DNA of 64,000 nucleotides from Candidatus Nanohaloarchaea archaeon (GCA_047617745.1 JBLGBN010000001.1:69065-133064), one strand, 5' to 3'. Shown: positions 29,351 through 38,391, counted from the stretch's first letter. Made by a program: numbers and translations. The notes: a model not told the origin generated them from the sequence alone.

Positions 29351-30281
29351 TTTCTTCCACCGATGAGAGACACATGAATTGTCTTCCTTTCAGGGTTTCT
29401 GTTAGGCTATCAGCGTCCTTGAAATCTATAGATTCCTTAAACCGGACACCTGGAAGTTCAAGCTCTGAACCGTCTTCTCTATAGATTTTCAGTCTTCCTG
29501 AATCCATACCGGAAACTATAGTGTGTCTGATTATTCCTTCTCCAAAGGTGTCAAGCCCATGTTCTGTAGGCACTGCTTCTATTATGGCTCCGCGGACAGG
29601 TCTTAATGTCTTGACCACATTACCGGGTTCTCCCTCGAACACTTCTATAGTATGTTTCTGACGGGTAAAGTACATTTTAGAGATATCAGCTACTTTTACT
29701 TCTCCAAGATAGAGTTCTCCCCTAGCTTCTTCCTGATAACGTCCTTTCGCCTGTTGTTCTACTCTTTTTTCTCTGTAGAGTCGGCCCAATTCTTCTATAT
29801 CTTCTTTCGATGCCGCACGGCAGTTAACAAGCACCTGCTGGGCAGAATAATCGTAAAGCTGGGTAGGGAGCTCATTCCTGTCTACTGCAACCCATTCCTC
29901 CACTCTACGGTAGTTAACTACGTCCATCTTTTCGTGTTCTTCAGTCCCGTACTGCCAAGGGTCGTTGGTGAAGCGTCCTATGTAACGGAGATTGCTTTTC
30001 TTACCATAAGGAGCTACGAGTATCAGGTCGCCGGCGTTTACATCTTCAATGAGGTGGTGGAGAGGCTTCTTTTCATACTCAAGATTCTGTTCCTCATACA
30101 GCTCCATGGCGTTCTCCGGAGTCCTATCCTTGCCGTTCCAGTCAAGTTGGAATCCTACCGAGAACTGTCGATTGGAAATCTCGAATGACTGAGCTTCCTG
30201 GAGATTATAGCCTTCACTCATTCTCTCCTCTTTGGGTTTAAGATTTCCGAAGTATAGTTTTGGGTCGTCGGAATCGTCCAT
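29343..30281 (-). CDS. Protein with PUA/EVE-like domain (as in COG4127 Mrr-type proteins) and unknown beta-rich C-terminus
   Basis: VNAGDLILV....IGRFT..WQY....NYRRVEEW...RNELP; 8-nt overlap with the cyclase. Confidence 0.6.
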   Translation of the reverse strand: MDDSDDPKLYFGNLKPKEERMSEGYNLQEAQSFEISNRQFSVGFQLDWNGKDRTPENAMELYEEQNLEYEKKPLHHLIEDVNAGDLILVAPYGKKSNLRYIGRFTNDPWQYGTEEHEKMDVVNYRRVEEWVAVDRNELPTQLYDYSAQQVLVNCRAASKEDIEELGRLYREKRVEQQAKGRYQEEARGELYLGEVKVADISKMYFTRQKHTIEVFEGEPGNVVKTLRPVRGAIIEAVPTEHGLDTFGEGIIRHTIVSGMDSGRLKIYREDGSELELPGVRFKESIDFKDADSLTETLKGRQFMCLSSVEENE

Positions 30282-30397
30282 ATATAACGTTTAGTTTTCC
30301 AAAGTTTTAAGTGTTTTCATTAGTATCTATAGGGCCTTAGAACCCATAAAATTTCAAATAAAGTATGACTTATTGAAACGAAGCTGATGTCAGAGGA

Positions 30398-31657
30398 TCA
30401 GCTGAAGAACTCCATCTCGTCCATTTTTTCTTCCATCTTTTTCTCCATTAGCTTGTCACGTTCCTCCTCTGAGAAACCAGCTCTGTCGAACAATTCTTCG
30501 ACCAATTCGTCCTTGACCTCGCCGACAACTTGATTCTCCTTGTGCTTTTCCACTAGTCTGACATCTGATGAAATTAACTCGTTGCAGTTCTTACAGTAAT
30601 CTATATGGCCTGCATTCACAGTTTCGCAGCTCGCGCACTTCTTTGGACGAAGGTTCTCTTCTTCCTCTTCTTCAGGTTCCAACCCGTGTATCTGACGGAC
30701 TGCTTTATCCAGGTCTTTCTCAGCCATTCGGATGTACGTCGCTGCTTGATCGCTGCCTTGAACCCAGCCAAAATACTCACATAGCTGTGCCTGATTCATT
30801 CCTTGAGATGCAAGATTCGTTGCACGGCCTTTTCTGAAGGCGTGGGGATTGGTCTTACAGTTTACTCCTGCCTGTTCTGATATCCTGCGAAAACGAGAGT
30901 TGGCGGAGCTATAAGTCATTTGTTCTTCGCTAAATTGTTTTCCGCCATTAGTTCTGCGGAGCTTGGTGAAAACATAGCTTTCAGGATCTGAAGACTGAGG
31001 ATGTCTTTCTCTCCACTCTCGCAGCGTTTCTACTGATTCACGTATCGGAACCTGCCTCTCCCCTGTTTTCGATTCTCGGAATTTTACCTGCGTTAAATCT
31101 TCGCGGAATTTGATATCCTTCCACTTCACATTGAGGATTTCTCCGATCCGTCCTCCTGTATCCCAGGTAAGAAATATTAGTGTCTCATCCCGCTTGTTGG
31201 ACGCAGTTTGGACCAGTTTCTTGACATCACTAGGCGTCGGTAATTCATCAGGATCGGTTTTGGGTTTCTCGCTCTTCTTCACATTCACCGTCATAAAATC
31301 TACTATATCTGGATTATCTTCTTCTGTATGATATTTGTAGAATTTCTTCAGAGCTTTCTTAAACTCCGCTAAGGTCCAAACAGAGTAATCTTTGTCATTA
31401 ATGGCTGACTGATTAATTTTTCCTACCAACGCTTTCAGTTTTTCCTCGTCAGGTTCGTCAAGAGGGAAATCTATATGGGGTGCAAGGGTGTTGAAGCTGG
31501 TAAGATATCTGCAGGTTGCGTCTATAGAAAGATTCTGTGCCAACAGATGATTCTTCAGCTGTAGAACCAGCTCTGTGTTCCTTTTCGATAATTCAGATTT
31601 TTTCAGCTTCTTTGTAGTAGCTTCAAGTCGTTCTTGGCGTTTGTGCACGTCTCCCAT
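30398..31657 (-). CDS. Tyrosine recombinase/integrase with C-terminal zinc ribbon
   Basis: TGGRIGE, SKT, HAFRKGRAT, GW, Y; CASC...CKNC; ATG 31657 preceded by GAGGT. Confidence 0.93.
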   Translation of the reverse strand: MGDVHKRQERLEATTKKLKKSELSKRNTELVLQLKNHLLAQNLSIDATCRYLTSFNTLAPHIDFPLDEPDEEKLKALVGKINQSAINDKDYSVWTLAEFKKALKKFYKYHTEEDNPDIVDFMTVNVKKSEKPKTDPDELPTPSDVKKLVQTASNKRDETLIFLTWDTGGRIGEILNVKWKDIKFREDLTQVKFRESKTGERQVPIRESVETLREWRERHPQSSDPESYVFTKLRRTNGGKQFSEEQMTYSSANSRFRRISEQAGVNCKTNPHAFRKGRATNLASQGMNQAQLCEYFGWVQGSDQAATYIRMAEKDLDKAVRQIHGLEPEEEEEENLRPKKCASCETVNAGHIDYCKNCNELISSDVRLVEKHKENQVVGEVKDELVEELFDRAGFSEEERDKLMEKKMEEKMDEMEFFS

Positions 31658-31714
31658 ATTTCGGTCAACCTCGAATCCTTTTTTAAACCGTTCTACAAGA
31701 AGACGTTGCACTAA

Positions 31715-31734
31715 ACAAGTAGCGTCAGGGGTGG
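31715..31734. repeat. att site (tRNA-proximal copy)
   Basis: Identical to 22300-22319. Confidence 0.92.
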
Positions 31735-31813
31735 GATTTGAACCCACGTGGGAGCCAAAGACCCCCAATGGCTTAGCAAGCCATCGCAATGAACCAGACT
31801 ATGCGACCCCGAC
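31723..31813 (-). tRNA. tRNA-Ser(GCT)
   Basis: Acceptor GTCGGGG/CCCTGAC plus G; anticodon arm ATGGC-TTGCTAA-GCCAT; long variable arm; GTTCAAATCC T-loop; no encoded CCA. Confidence 0.95.
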
Positions 31814-31939
31814 TTGACCTACATTGTTTTTCTGGCAGGTTAATTGTTTAAATTGCCCGGTACTGATTTTTGAAGGACTGAAGTTGGAAAGGTTATATAA
31901 ATTTCTAGACGGAATTTTGGGCTGTAGAGTGGTAAATAA

Positions 31940-32206
31940 ATGGCTGATAACATCCTTGATTACTCCGACATTAAAGGCAAAGACGTATTCACCAGAAAAG
32001 GTTCTTACTGCGGTAAAATGAAGGACATCGAAGTTAATCTAAGCAAGTTCGGTGTTCGTTCAGTGGTCGTCGGAGCTGAGAAAGGTTCCTACCTTGCACA
32101 GAAAGTCGGTGGAACCAGAAACGTTGTTATCCCTTACAGGATGGTTGAATCAGTCGACGATATTATCGTTATCAAGGACTTCAAGACCGACGATGTAGAA
32201 GAATAG
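31940..32206 (+). CDS. PRC-barrel protein
   Basis: IKGKDVFT.KG.Y.G...DIEV...IPY.MVESVDDIIVI. Confidence 0.85.
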   Translation: MADNILDYSDIKGKDVFTRKGSYCGKMKDIEVNLSKFGVRSVVVGAEKGSYLAQKVGGTRNVVIPYRMVESVDDIIVIKDFKTDDVEE

Positions 32207-32212
32207 GAGAAG

Positions 32213-32512
32213 ATGGTAATACAGCTTCTTTCCTCATTTGCCTACAGCCTTGTGGAGAACTCATGGATGGTCTCAACCATCGCAGTCAAGTACTTCCTGT
32301 TTATCGGCGTGATTTACGCAGCTTCGAAAGAGAGTAACTACGTTGAGAACTTCAAGAACTTTGTCGAAGATTTTTCCGGAGAACTCGTATCTGGTATAGT
32401 TGTAATCGGGCTTCTAACACTTTTAACCGGGACAAATCTAACTCCGGTTGCGTCGGTTTTCAGCCATCTGGTAACTGTGACTTACTTCGGATACCTTTTC
32501 TGGGAGTTCTAG
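32213..32512 (+). CDS. Small membrane protein
   Basis: Three hydrophobic segments. Confidence 0.6.
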   Translation: MVIQLLSSFAYSLVENSWMVSTIAVKYFLFIGVIYAASKESNYVENFKNFVEDFSGELVSGIVVIGLLTLLTGTNLTPVASVFSHLVTVTYFGYLFWEF

Positions 32513-32835
32513 GAGAGTTTTTCGTCAACTTTCTCATGCCACTCCTCTAATGTATCCCTGGTAACCTCGCAAAGCTCCTCCATAGGTAGCGTGGTGTAAA
32601 CATAGTAAACCGTCTTGTCCGTTTTTCCTTCCCTGACGATTAGATCCTTGTCAAGCATATCCTGGAGAGCTCTCTGAACTGTTGACCGGTTTCTATCTAC
32701 TTCGGAGGCGAGCTCTTTCACGGTAAGTTTGGCAGTTCTCATCTCCTGGAAAAGAGATTTCTGGAGGCTGTTGAGATCGAAAACATCAAAGACGATCTCC
32801 TCTTCATTTTTGTCCTCCAGATTTAGGAACTCCAT
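32509..32835 (-). CDS. TrmB-like/COG3355 HTH regulator
   Basis: TVKELASEVDRNRSTVQRALQDM...YYVY. Confidence 0.8.
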   Translation of the reverse strand: MEFLNLEDKNEEEIVFDVFDLNSLQKSLFQEMRTAKLTVKELASEVDRNRSTVQRALQDMLDKDLIVREGKTDKTVYYVYTTLPMEELCEVTRDTLEEWHEKVDEKLS

Positions 32836-32866
32836 TGTTTACTAATTAGGTCGTTAGAATAAAAAA

Positions 32867-33079
32867 TCAACCGCCAGCGATGACATCCATGACCTTTATC
32901 TCGTCGCCGTTCTCTATCTCATGGTTGTCAGTGACGATTGTTCCATTCTTGGAGACTAGAACCTCCTGTCTCTCGATATCCTGGCTTTCAAGCAGCTCCT
33001 TCACAGTAGCTCCTTCCTCCATGTTAATCTGTTTCTCTTCCTCGGATTCCAGGTCGTCTCTAACCAGTTTTACTTCGAT
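32867..33079 (-). CDS. Ubiquitin-like small archaeal modifier (SAMP/MoaD/ThiS)
   Basis: Hand translation IEVKLVRDD...EEGATVKELL...VLVSKNG...GDEIKVMDVIAGG*; C-terminal GG; probable ATC start (first ATG is 33022). Confidence 0.85.
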   Translation of the reverse strand: MEVKLVRDDLESEEEKQINMEEGATVKELLESQDIERQEVLVSKNGTIVTDNHEIENGDEIKVMDVIAGG

Positions 33080-33375
33080 CCCGGATCACCTTTGTCGCTG
33101 ATCCTTGACTCGTATTTTTCCAGAGACTCATCCAGGGCCTCCTCTAGGTCGATATCAAGGTCGTTGGCTACTGAGAGAAGGGAGAAGAATGCGTCGCCCA
33201 GCTCGTCTTTCTTGACTTCGAGGTTCTTCTCATCTAAGCCGTAGTCAGCTGATTTCGCTGCGTCAGATGCAATCTCTCCTACTTCGGCTACCAGATCCAG
33301 TATCCGGAATGCTGATGTCGCCTCCATACCGTGTTTCTCCACGAATTCTTCAACTTTCCGCTGTTCTTCCATCAT
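33070..33375 (-). CDS. MazG-like nucleotide pyrophosphohydrolase
   Basis: LVAEVGEIA...DELGD. Confidence 0.85.
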   Translation of the reverse strand: MMEEQRKVEEFVEKHGMEATSAFRILDLVAEVGEIASDAAKSADYGLDEKNLEVKKDELGDAFFSLLSVANDLDIDLEEALDESLEKYESRISDKGDPGSK

Positions 33376-33395
33376 TTTTTCTTTTCACCTAAGCT

Positions 33396-34313
33396 TCAGT
33401 TGTCTACCTCTATTATATTTTTCCTGGCTGCGTGGAAAAGATATTCCTGTGCATAACCCGCTTTCTCCCCGAAATGGTTCCGCACATTCTTCGAGGTTTT
33501 CTCATATTTATCGTGATGTAACTTTGGGTAGTGAGACTTTATGCATTTCTGGGCCCAGGTATCTATAGGATATGCTTCATGGAAACCTTTCGAGAAAAGC
33601 AAGACACAGTCGGCGACCTTGTCACCGACACCGTGGAGCTGCTTAATGTGTTGTTTGGCGTCAGAATATCCAAGATTTGAGATTTCATCATGGCTGTACT
33701 GTCCTTCCTGTATCATTTCTGTTGACTTTGCGATGTACTCTGCTCTGTAGCCAACACCTAGCTCTCTGAGCTCATCCTCAGATGCTTCCGCCAGTTCCTC
33801 CGGTTCCGGGAACCGGTAGACAGTTTTTCCCTCGACCTCAACTTCTTCCCCGAACTCCCGGGCTATATCGTCGTGCATCTGTTTTATCCGCGGTATCCTC
33901 ATCTGTGGGGAGCAGAGATAGCTTATCAGACACGGGAAGAACTCGTCATTGATCACTCTCAGACCCCAGAGATTTTCCTTGGCTACGTGCAGCGCTTCGC
34001 TCTCCGGGAAATTCGAGAATACTTTTTCTAGATCGGTATCTAGATCCAGTGCTTCTTCAACCTCTTTCCTTGGAAGCTCAGTATCTACTGCAATGTGGTC
34101 TTCTTTTTCCTCAGCGATTAGCGGTTTTCCTTTCCTGAAAGTATAGAACCGGTCTCCATCCGTTGTCGAGTCCCGGGGGTCGGCGACTTCAGAAGATTTC
34201 TGATCTTCGTTACCGTAGAGATCTCCGTCAAACCTGTTCCAGCAAAACGTCTGGCCGCAAGTCAGGGTCAGTTCAAGGTCAATATCAGCGGATTTGAACT
34301 CGTATGTATTCAT
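33396..34313 (-). CDS. ogg: 8-oxoguanine DNA glycosylase (Ogg1 family, HhH-GPD)
   Basis: TLTCGQTF.W, GVGYRA, GVGDKVADC, PIDTW, AGYAQEYLF. Confidence 0.9.
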   Translation of the reverse strand: MNTYEFKSADIDLELTLTCGQTFCWNRFDGDLYGNEDQKSSEVADPRDSTTDGDRFYTFRKGKPLIAEEKEDHIAVDTELPRKEVEEALDLDTDLEKVFSNFPESEALHVAKENLWGLRVINDEFFPCLISYLCSPQMRIPRIKQMHDDIAREFGEEVEVEGKTVYRFPEPEELAEASEDELRELGVGYRAEYIAKSTEMIQEGQYSHDEISNLGYSDAKQHIKQLHGVGDKVADCVLLFSKGFHEAYPIDTWAQKCIKSHYPKLHHDKYEKTSKNVRNHFGEKAGYAQEYLFHAARKNIIEVDN

Positions 34314-34349
34314 AAATAGAAGAATCCCCGCCAAGATATAATAATCGAA

Positions 34350-34541
34350 TTACTCCTCTTTCTTCGAGTACTTGAAGAACCCCGTACCTTTCTCCTCATC
34401 AACTCTATCAGAGTTGTCTTCAACCTTTTTTGCGTCCCTCTTCAGATAACTCCTACCGCATTTATGACACTTAACCCTTTTCTGAGCCTCAGATCTCTGC
34501 CGGTAGCCGCAGTCAGGACACTGGTAGTAAACCATATACAT
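34350..34541 (-). CDS. Small zinc-ribbon protein
   Basis: CPDC...CHKC. Confidence 0.7.
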   Translation of the reverse strand: MYMVYYQCPDCGYRQRSEAQKRVKCHKCGRSYLKRDAKKVEDNSDRVDEEKGTGFFKYSKKEE

Positions 34542-34559
34542 AAAATTGATCTGAGAAAG

Positions 34560-34916
34560 TCAAAAACTTTCCGGCTCCAGCCTGAAGAGATGTGAGTTAC
34601 AGCCGCAGTCGGATGATCCGAAACCTTCAACCGGATTACACCATTCACTAAGTTTCTCGGCCATAAAGCACTCATAATCCGATTTCTCTGGCAGGATGAA
34701 GTAATCTGCAGAAGCTGCTTTCTCGCTGAAGTAGTCGATGTGCCAGAAATTATTCACATCGGTGGAGAAATGTCTTTCTACTCTCTTCTCAACTGAGTTC
34801 CTACCCGAACCAGCGTAAACGTATGTACCTGGTTCAAAATCGATTTCTCCAAGAGCTCCGATTTGGATCCGGATATTTTCGCTGAGCGAGAAGAAAACCA
34901 TGTATACTCCTTTCAT
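34560..34916 (-). CDS. DUF123 (GIY-YIG-like) protein
   Basis: G.Y.Y.GS, R..RH, WHIDY, EC, GFGSSDC.C.SHL. Confidence 0.85.
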   Translation of the reverse strand: MKGVYMVFFSLSENIRIQIGALGEIDFEPGTYVYAGSGRNSVEKRVERHFSTDVNNFWHIDYFSEKAASADYFILPEKSDYECFMAEKLSEWCNPVEGFGSSDCGCNSHLFRLEPESF

Positions 34917-34969
34917 ACCTATTCTTAAGCTGCAGTTTCTTTTTAATTCAGTTTTCCCAAAAAAAATCT

Positions 34970-35266
34970 ATGATACGGAGAATTAAAATACCGCTTATAC
35001 TTGGATTAACTGCATATGGAATCGCTTACTTTATTGTAAAGCAGTTAGGATATAACTCCACATCTTTTATGCTCATTTCTTACCTTTACATCTTCCTTGC
35101 AGGTATTATAGGTCTGAAGTATGAAGTAAAGAAAATAAGCGGTTCAAATAGTATCCCATCAGTTCTGAAAAATATAGTGGTAGTTAGTGAAGGCGAAAAC
35201 CTTACTATGAAACGTCTATTCACAGGAGAAAAATATAAACTGAAGGGTGAGATAGAGAAGCTCTAG
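34970..35266 (+). CDS. Small basic membrane protein
   Basis: Two TM segments; AT-rich, atypical composition. Confidence 0.5.
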   Translation: MIRRIKIPLILGLTAYGIAYFIVKQLGYNSTSFMLISYLYIFLAGIIGLKYEVKKISGSNSIPSVLKNIVVVSEGENLTMKRLFTGEKYKLKGEIEKL

Positions 35267-36123
35267 TTGCTGTAAGAGCGCCTATCTATCTCGTTCCCTT
35301 CTGAATCAAATAGTTTTGCGGTGTCGCTTCCATCCTCCCAGGTCAGTCCTGATCCGTAGACGTACCTGTCGGAGTTGTTCTCCGTGACGTTGATTTCATC
35401 TTTCTCCGCGCTGTAGACGTGGAGTTTCTGTCCTTCTTCAAGCGTTGAGTTCAGCTCGTAGTAGTCCGGGTTGTTGTTAGCCAGCTTCCATCCCTGGAGA
35501 TTGATTTTCTGATCCATTGAGTTCTCTATGATTGCTTTTTCAGGTGTTTCCGGTGCGACATCGAGCCCAAGGTTCTTCCTGTACTGTTCAAGCCTCATCC
35601 TGTCCGTCTTTGACTGGTACTTCTGTTTCTTCTGTTCCATGAGGTCTCTGAGTTCCTGGGCTCGTTTCTCGACTTTTTCTCTGTCGGAGCCTTCGAAGCT
35701 GGTTCTGACTGCTCCGCCTTCCCGGATTTTCTCAAGCGTCCCATGAGGAGTTTCTGTTCTCTCGACTACTCTGTCAGATTCCTGGATTACTGTCAGTGTT
35801 CCCTGTGGAGATTTCATCGTCCACTCTATTCTTCCAGGCTTCTTGTCCAGTTCGAGTCTGGACTGCGGCGTTTCGTACTCGCCTTCTACTTCCCCGGAGC
35901 TTACTTCTGTCCGGATCTCGGAGAAAGCTGTCTCCACCACCCGAGTAAACGAATCAGTCCCGAGTTCAGTCGACTCTTGTTTCGGTACGTCTTGCGTAGA
36001 TGATATATTGTCTACAGGTTCAGGTACCGCGTTATCTGCGCTAATACTGCCTGAAGCGGCTGGAATTGACACCATTCCAACTACAATCGATGCAAGTATT
36101 GCTGCATTAGCTATGTCTGCCAT
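35263..36123 (-). CDS. Secreted protein with C-terminal lamin-tail-like domain
   Basis: Signal peptide; INLQGWKL...L.V.S...WEDGSDTAKLFDSEG.EID. Confidence 0.7.
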   Translation of the reverse strand: MADIANAAILASIVVGMVSIPAASGSISADNAVPEPVDNISSTQDVPKQESTELGTDSFTRVVETAFSEIRTEVSSGEVEGEYETPQSRLELDKKPGRIEWTMKSPQGTLTVIQESDRVVERTETPHGTLEKIREGGAVRTSFEGSDREKVEKRAQELRDLMEQKKQKYQSKTDRMRLEQYRKNLGLDVAPETPEKAIIENSMDQKINLQGWKLANNNPDYYELNSTLEEGQKLHVYSAEKDEINVTENNSDRYVYGSGLTWEDGSDTAKLFDSEGNEIDRRSYSN

Positions 36124-36147
36124 ATATTACTCATAACCGAGAACTAT

Positions 36148-37149
36148 TTATAAATCTTCGTAGTTATTTTTGAACACCAGAAGCACCGATTTGAATATTC
36201 CCAGCATTATTGGGCCTATAAACAATCCTACAGCGCCGAAAATGTAAACACCGCCAATTACTCCGATTAAAATCACTGCAGGATGTAAATTTGATCCACG
36301 GTCAACTGCAAATGGCCGGATTATATTATCAGTCAGGCTTACAATAATCGTTCCGTAAATCGCCAGGAATACGGCAGAGGAAATATCCCCGGTAACGAAA
36401 AGGTAGATAGCGGCCGGACCCCAGATCAGGAATGTTCCGAAAATAGGTATAAACCCAAGTAGTATCATGACGAAGGTCCAGAAGAAGTAGTTAGGAACTC
36501 CTGTAAGGAATAAACCGAGGCCTGCGACCAGTCCCTGTATGATTGCAACCATGACATGTCCTTTGATAACCGCCCATGATGTCATCTCTATATCATCGAA
36601 AAGAGATTCCTGTATATCCCCTGGTAATGGTATGATGGCCTTCACCCAGTCCACAAACTCCTTGCCGTCCACTATCAGATAATACATCAGGAACATCATG
36701 ATAGTCACTCCAATAGTGAAATGCGTGAAGAACCTGACAAACTCTGAGAAACCTCCGAGAGAAATCGCGGTGAACCTCTGGAAGAGCTCGTTGACATTCT
36801 GTTCAACGTCTATCTCCCTTCCTGTCAGATCAAATACCTTCTGCTCTATCTCCCCTGTGTCAATAAACTCCGTTCTGTTAACATCATTTACAATATCTCT
36901 TGCATCCTCAAAAACAGCCATAGCAGCGAAAAGAAACGGCACTATAAGCACAGTTATACCTATCACAACTACAAGAAAACCTGAAACCCTGTCAGGTATG
37001 TAATGAGCTAGTCTTTCATGCAGAGGATAAAGCAGAAAAGCAAGGAGCCCTGCACCGATTATATAGCCGATAAAGGGCTCGGCCATCATGAAAGCTATAG
37101 ATCCAAATATAGCTGCGAGAAGGAACAGGAAGATTTTTCTCTCGTTCAT
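36148..37149 (-). CDS. AI-2E family transporter
   Basis: QG...G, IPIFG, DNIIRP, HP...GVIGG...FG..G.FIGP. Confidence 0.9.
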   Translation of the reverse strand: MNERKIFLFLLAAIFGSIAFMMAEPFIGYIIGAGLLAFLLYPLHERLAHYIPDRVSGFLVVVIGITVLIVPFLFAAMAVFEDARDIVNDVNRTEFIDTGEIEQKVFDLTGREIDVEQNVNELFQRFTAISLGGFSEFVRFFTHFTIGVTIMMFLMYYLIVDGKEFVDWVKAIIPLPGDIQESLFDDIEMTSWAVIKGHVMVAIIQGLVAGLGLFLTGVPNYFFWTFVMILLGFIPIFGTFLIWGPAAIYLFVTGDISSAVFLAIYGTIIVSLTDNIIRPFAVDRGSNLHPAVILIGVIGGVYIFGAVGLFIGPIMLGIFKSVLLVFKNNYEDL

Positions 37150-37170
37150 AAAAATACTTTTTCACTTAAT

Positions 37171-38355
37171 TCACATAAATATGCCGGACCCGGCAAAGAA
37201 CTGAAGTGCAGGAAAAAGCAGAACCATCATACAGGCATGTCTTTCATCAGTTATAGAGGCCAGAAAACCGATAAAAGATGCGGTAAGGAAAATCAGGAAT
37301 CCAAAAGCAGCCGTCAAATAGAGTACTGAGGCAAGGAGAATACCCATCACACCGTACGAAAGGATTCTCTGGTTATCCATTAGACGGGAACCAAGAAATC
37401 TGCGAGCAGTGAAAAGCGATAGAGGTGCAGATATCGAAGCTGCAAAAATGGATGCTCCGAGAACAAACAGAACCATACCGCTGTTACCGGTTGTCTGAAG
37501 AGCTACAGAAGCTCCGGAACGGGCCCTCTCCATCGCCATTAAAGCCAGAAACGACAGGAAAATATCGGAAGTGTTCACCGCACCAGTCGCCGATAGAAAG
37601 CTCTCCTTCCTCTCCATCAGAGGCATCAGAAAAGTGGTTGAAATCGAGTTGCTTAGCCCCGGGAACACTGTTATTGGAAGTGAAGCCAGAAACCCGGTTA
37701 AACCACCCGACCAGTAAACCTTGCCGGAAAGCGGTAGGGCAGCCTGATCAGGTATCTCGGTTCCTTCTTTCAACGCGTTGAAGATAGATGGAAAAGCGAA
37801 CAGTCCTGCAAAGATCGGTGTCAAAACATATTGCTGGTTAACCGGTGATGAGAAAGATAATAAACCCAGTAAACCGCTTAAAATCGCCACAACCATTGAA
37901 TTAAGCCAGTTGTCGGATTTGAAAACGATAAACAGGACAATGAAGAGAAGGCAGTACTCCATCACTGGCTGGAAAAAGCTGTAAACCTTCTCCATAACCA
38001 GATAAACCGGGTAGGACAGGAGTAGAGCAGTTATCATTGAATAAATACCGCCATAAACTGTGTAATCAAAAGCCTGGAGGCCGCGACCTCTCAAAGCCAT
38101 TTTCTGGCCTGGTAGAGCAGCTAAAGCCGATTCAGGTTCGGGGACGCCAAGAAATATTGAGGGAATGAAATCGTGAAATGTATGGGAAAGCGAAACACCT
38201 GAGATAAATGAAGCGTAGAAACCAAAATTAATATCAAAAGCAAAGTAAAAAGGCATTAAAGCAAAAATAACAGTATTTGGGTGTATACCAGGCGTTAAAC
38301 CTGTAAAAACACCTACTAAAACACCTAGGAGTATTAAAGCCAGTATTTCCAGCAT
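37171..38355 (-). CDS. TctA-like (DUF112) permease
   Basis: GLTPGIHPN, HTFHDFIPSIFLGVP, LPG. Confidence 0.85.
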   Translation of the reverse strand: MLEILALILLGVLVGVFTGLTPGIHPNTVIFALMPFYFAFDINFGFYASFISGVSLSHTFHDFIPSIFLGVPEPESALAALPGQKMALRGRGLQAFDYTVYGGIYSMITALLLSYPVYLVMEKVYSFFQPVMEYCLLFIVLFIVFKSDNWLNSMVVAILSGLLGLLSFSSPVNQQYVLTPIFAGLFAFPSIFNALKEGTEIPDQAALPLSGKVYWSGGLTGFLASLPITVFPGLSNSISTTFLMPLMERKESFLSATGAVNTSDIFLSFLALMAMERARSGASVALQTTGNSGMVLFVLGASIFAASISAPLSLFTARRFLGSRLMDNQRILSYGVMGILLASVLYLTAAFGFLIFLTASFIGFLASITDERHACMMVLLFPALQFFAGSGIFM

Positions 38356-38391
38356 ATATTTTCTGCTGGATCAGTGATATAAAAAACTGAT

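Larger units (their letters stand above)
22300..31734. mobile_element. Integrated element (plasmid-, satellite- or provirus-like) in tRNA-Ser(GCT), about 9.4 kb
   Basis: 20-bp direct repeat ACAAGTAGCGTCAGGGGTGG at both ends, overlapping the tRNA 3' end; tyrosine integrase next to the tRNA; replication-type ATPases inside. Confidence 0.92.

Noticed and set aside
31658..31789. Integrase ORF extends through the tRNA, suggesting an SSV-type split integrase
   Set aside because: On the reconstructed circle an in-frame TGA (22330-22332) lies four codons before the att junction, so no int(N) fragment exists; ATG 31657 has its own SD
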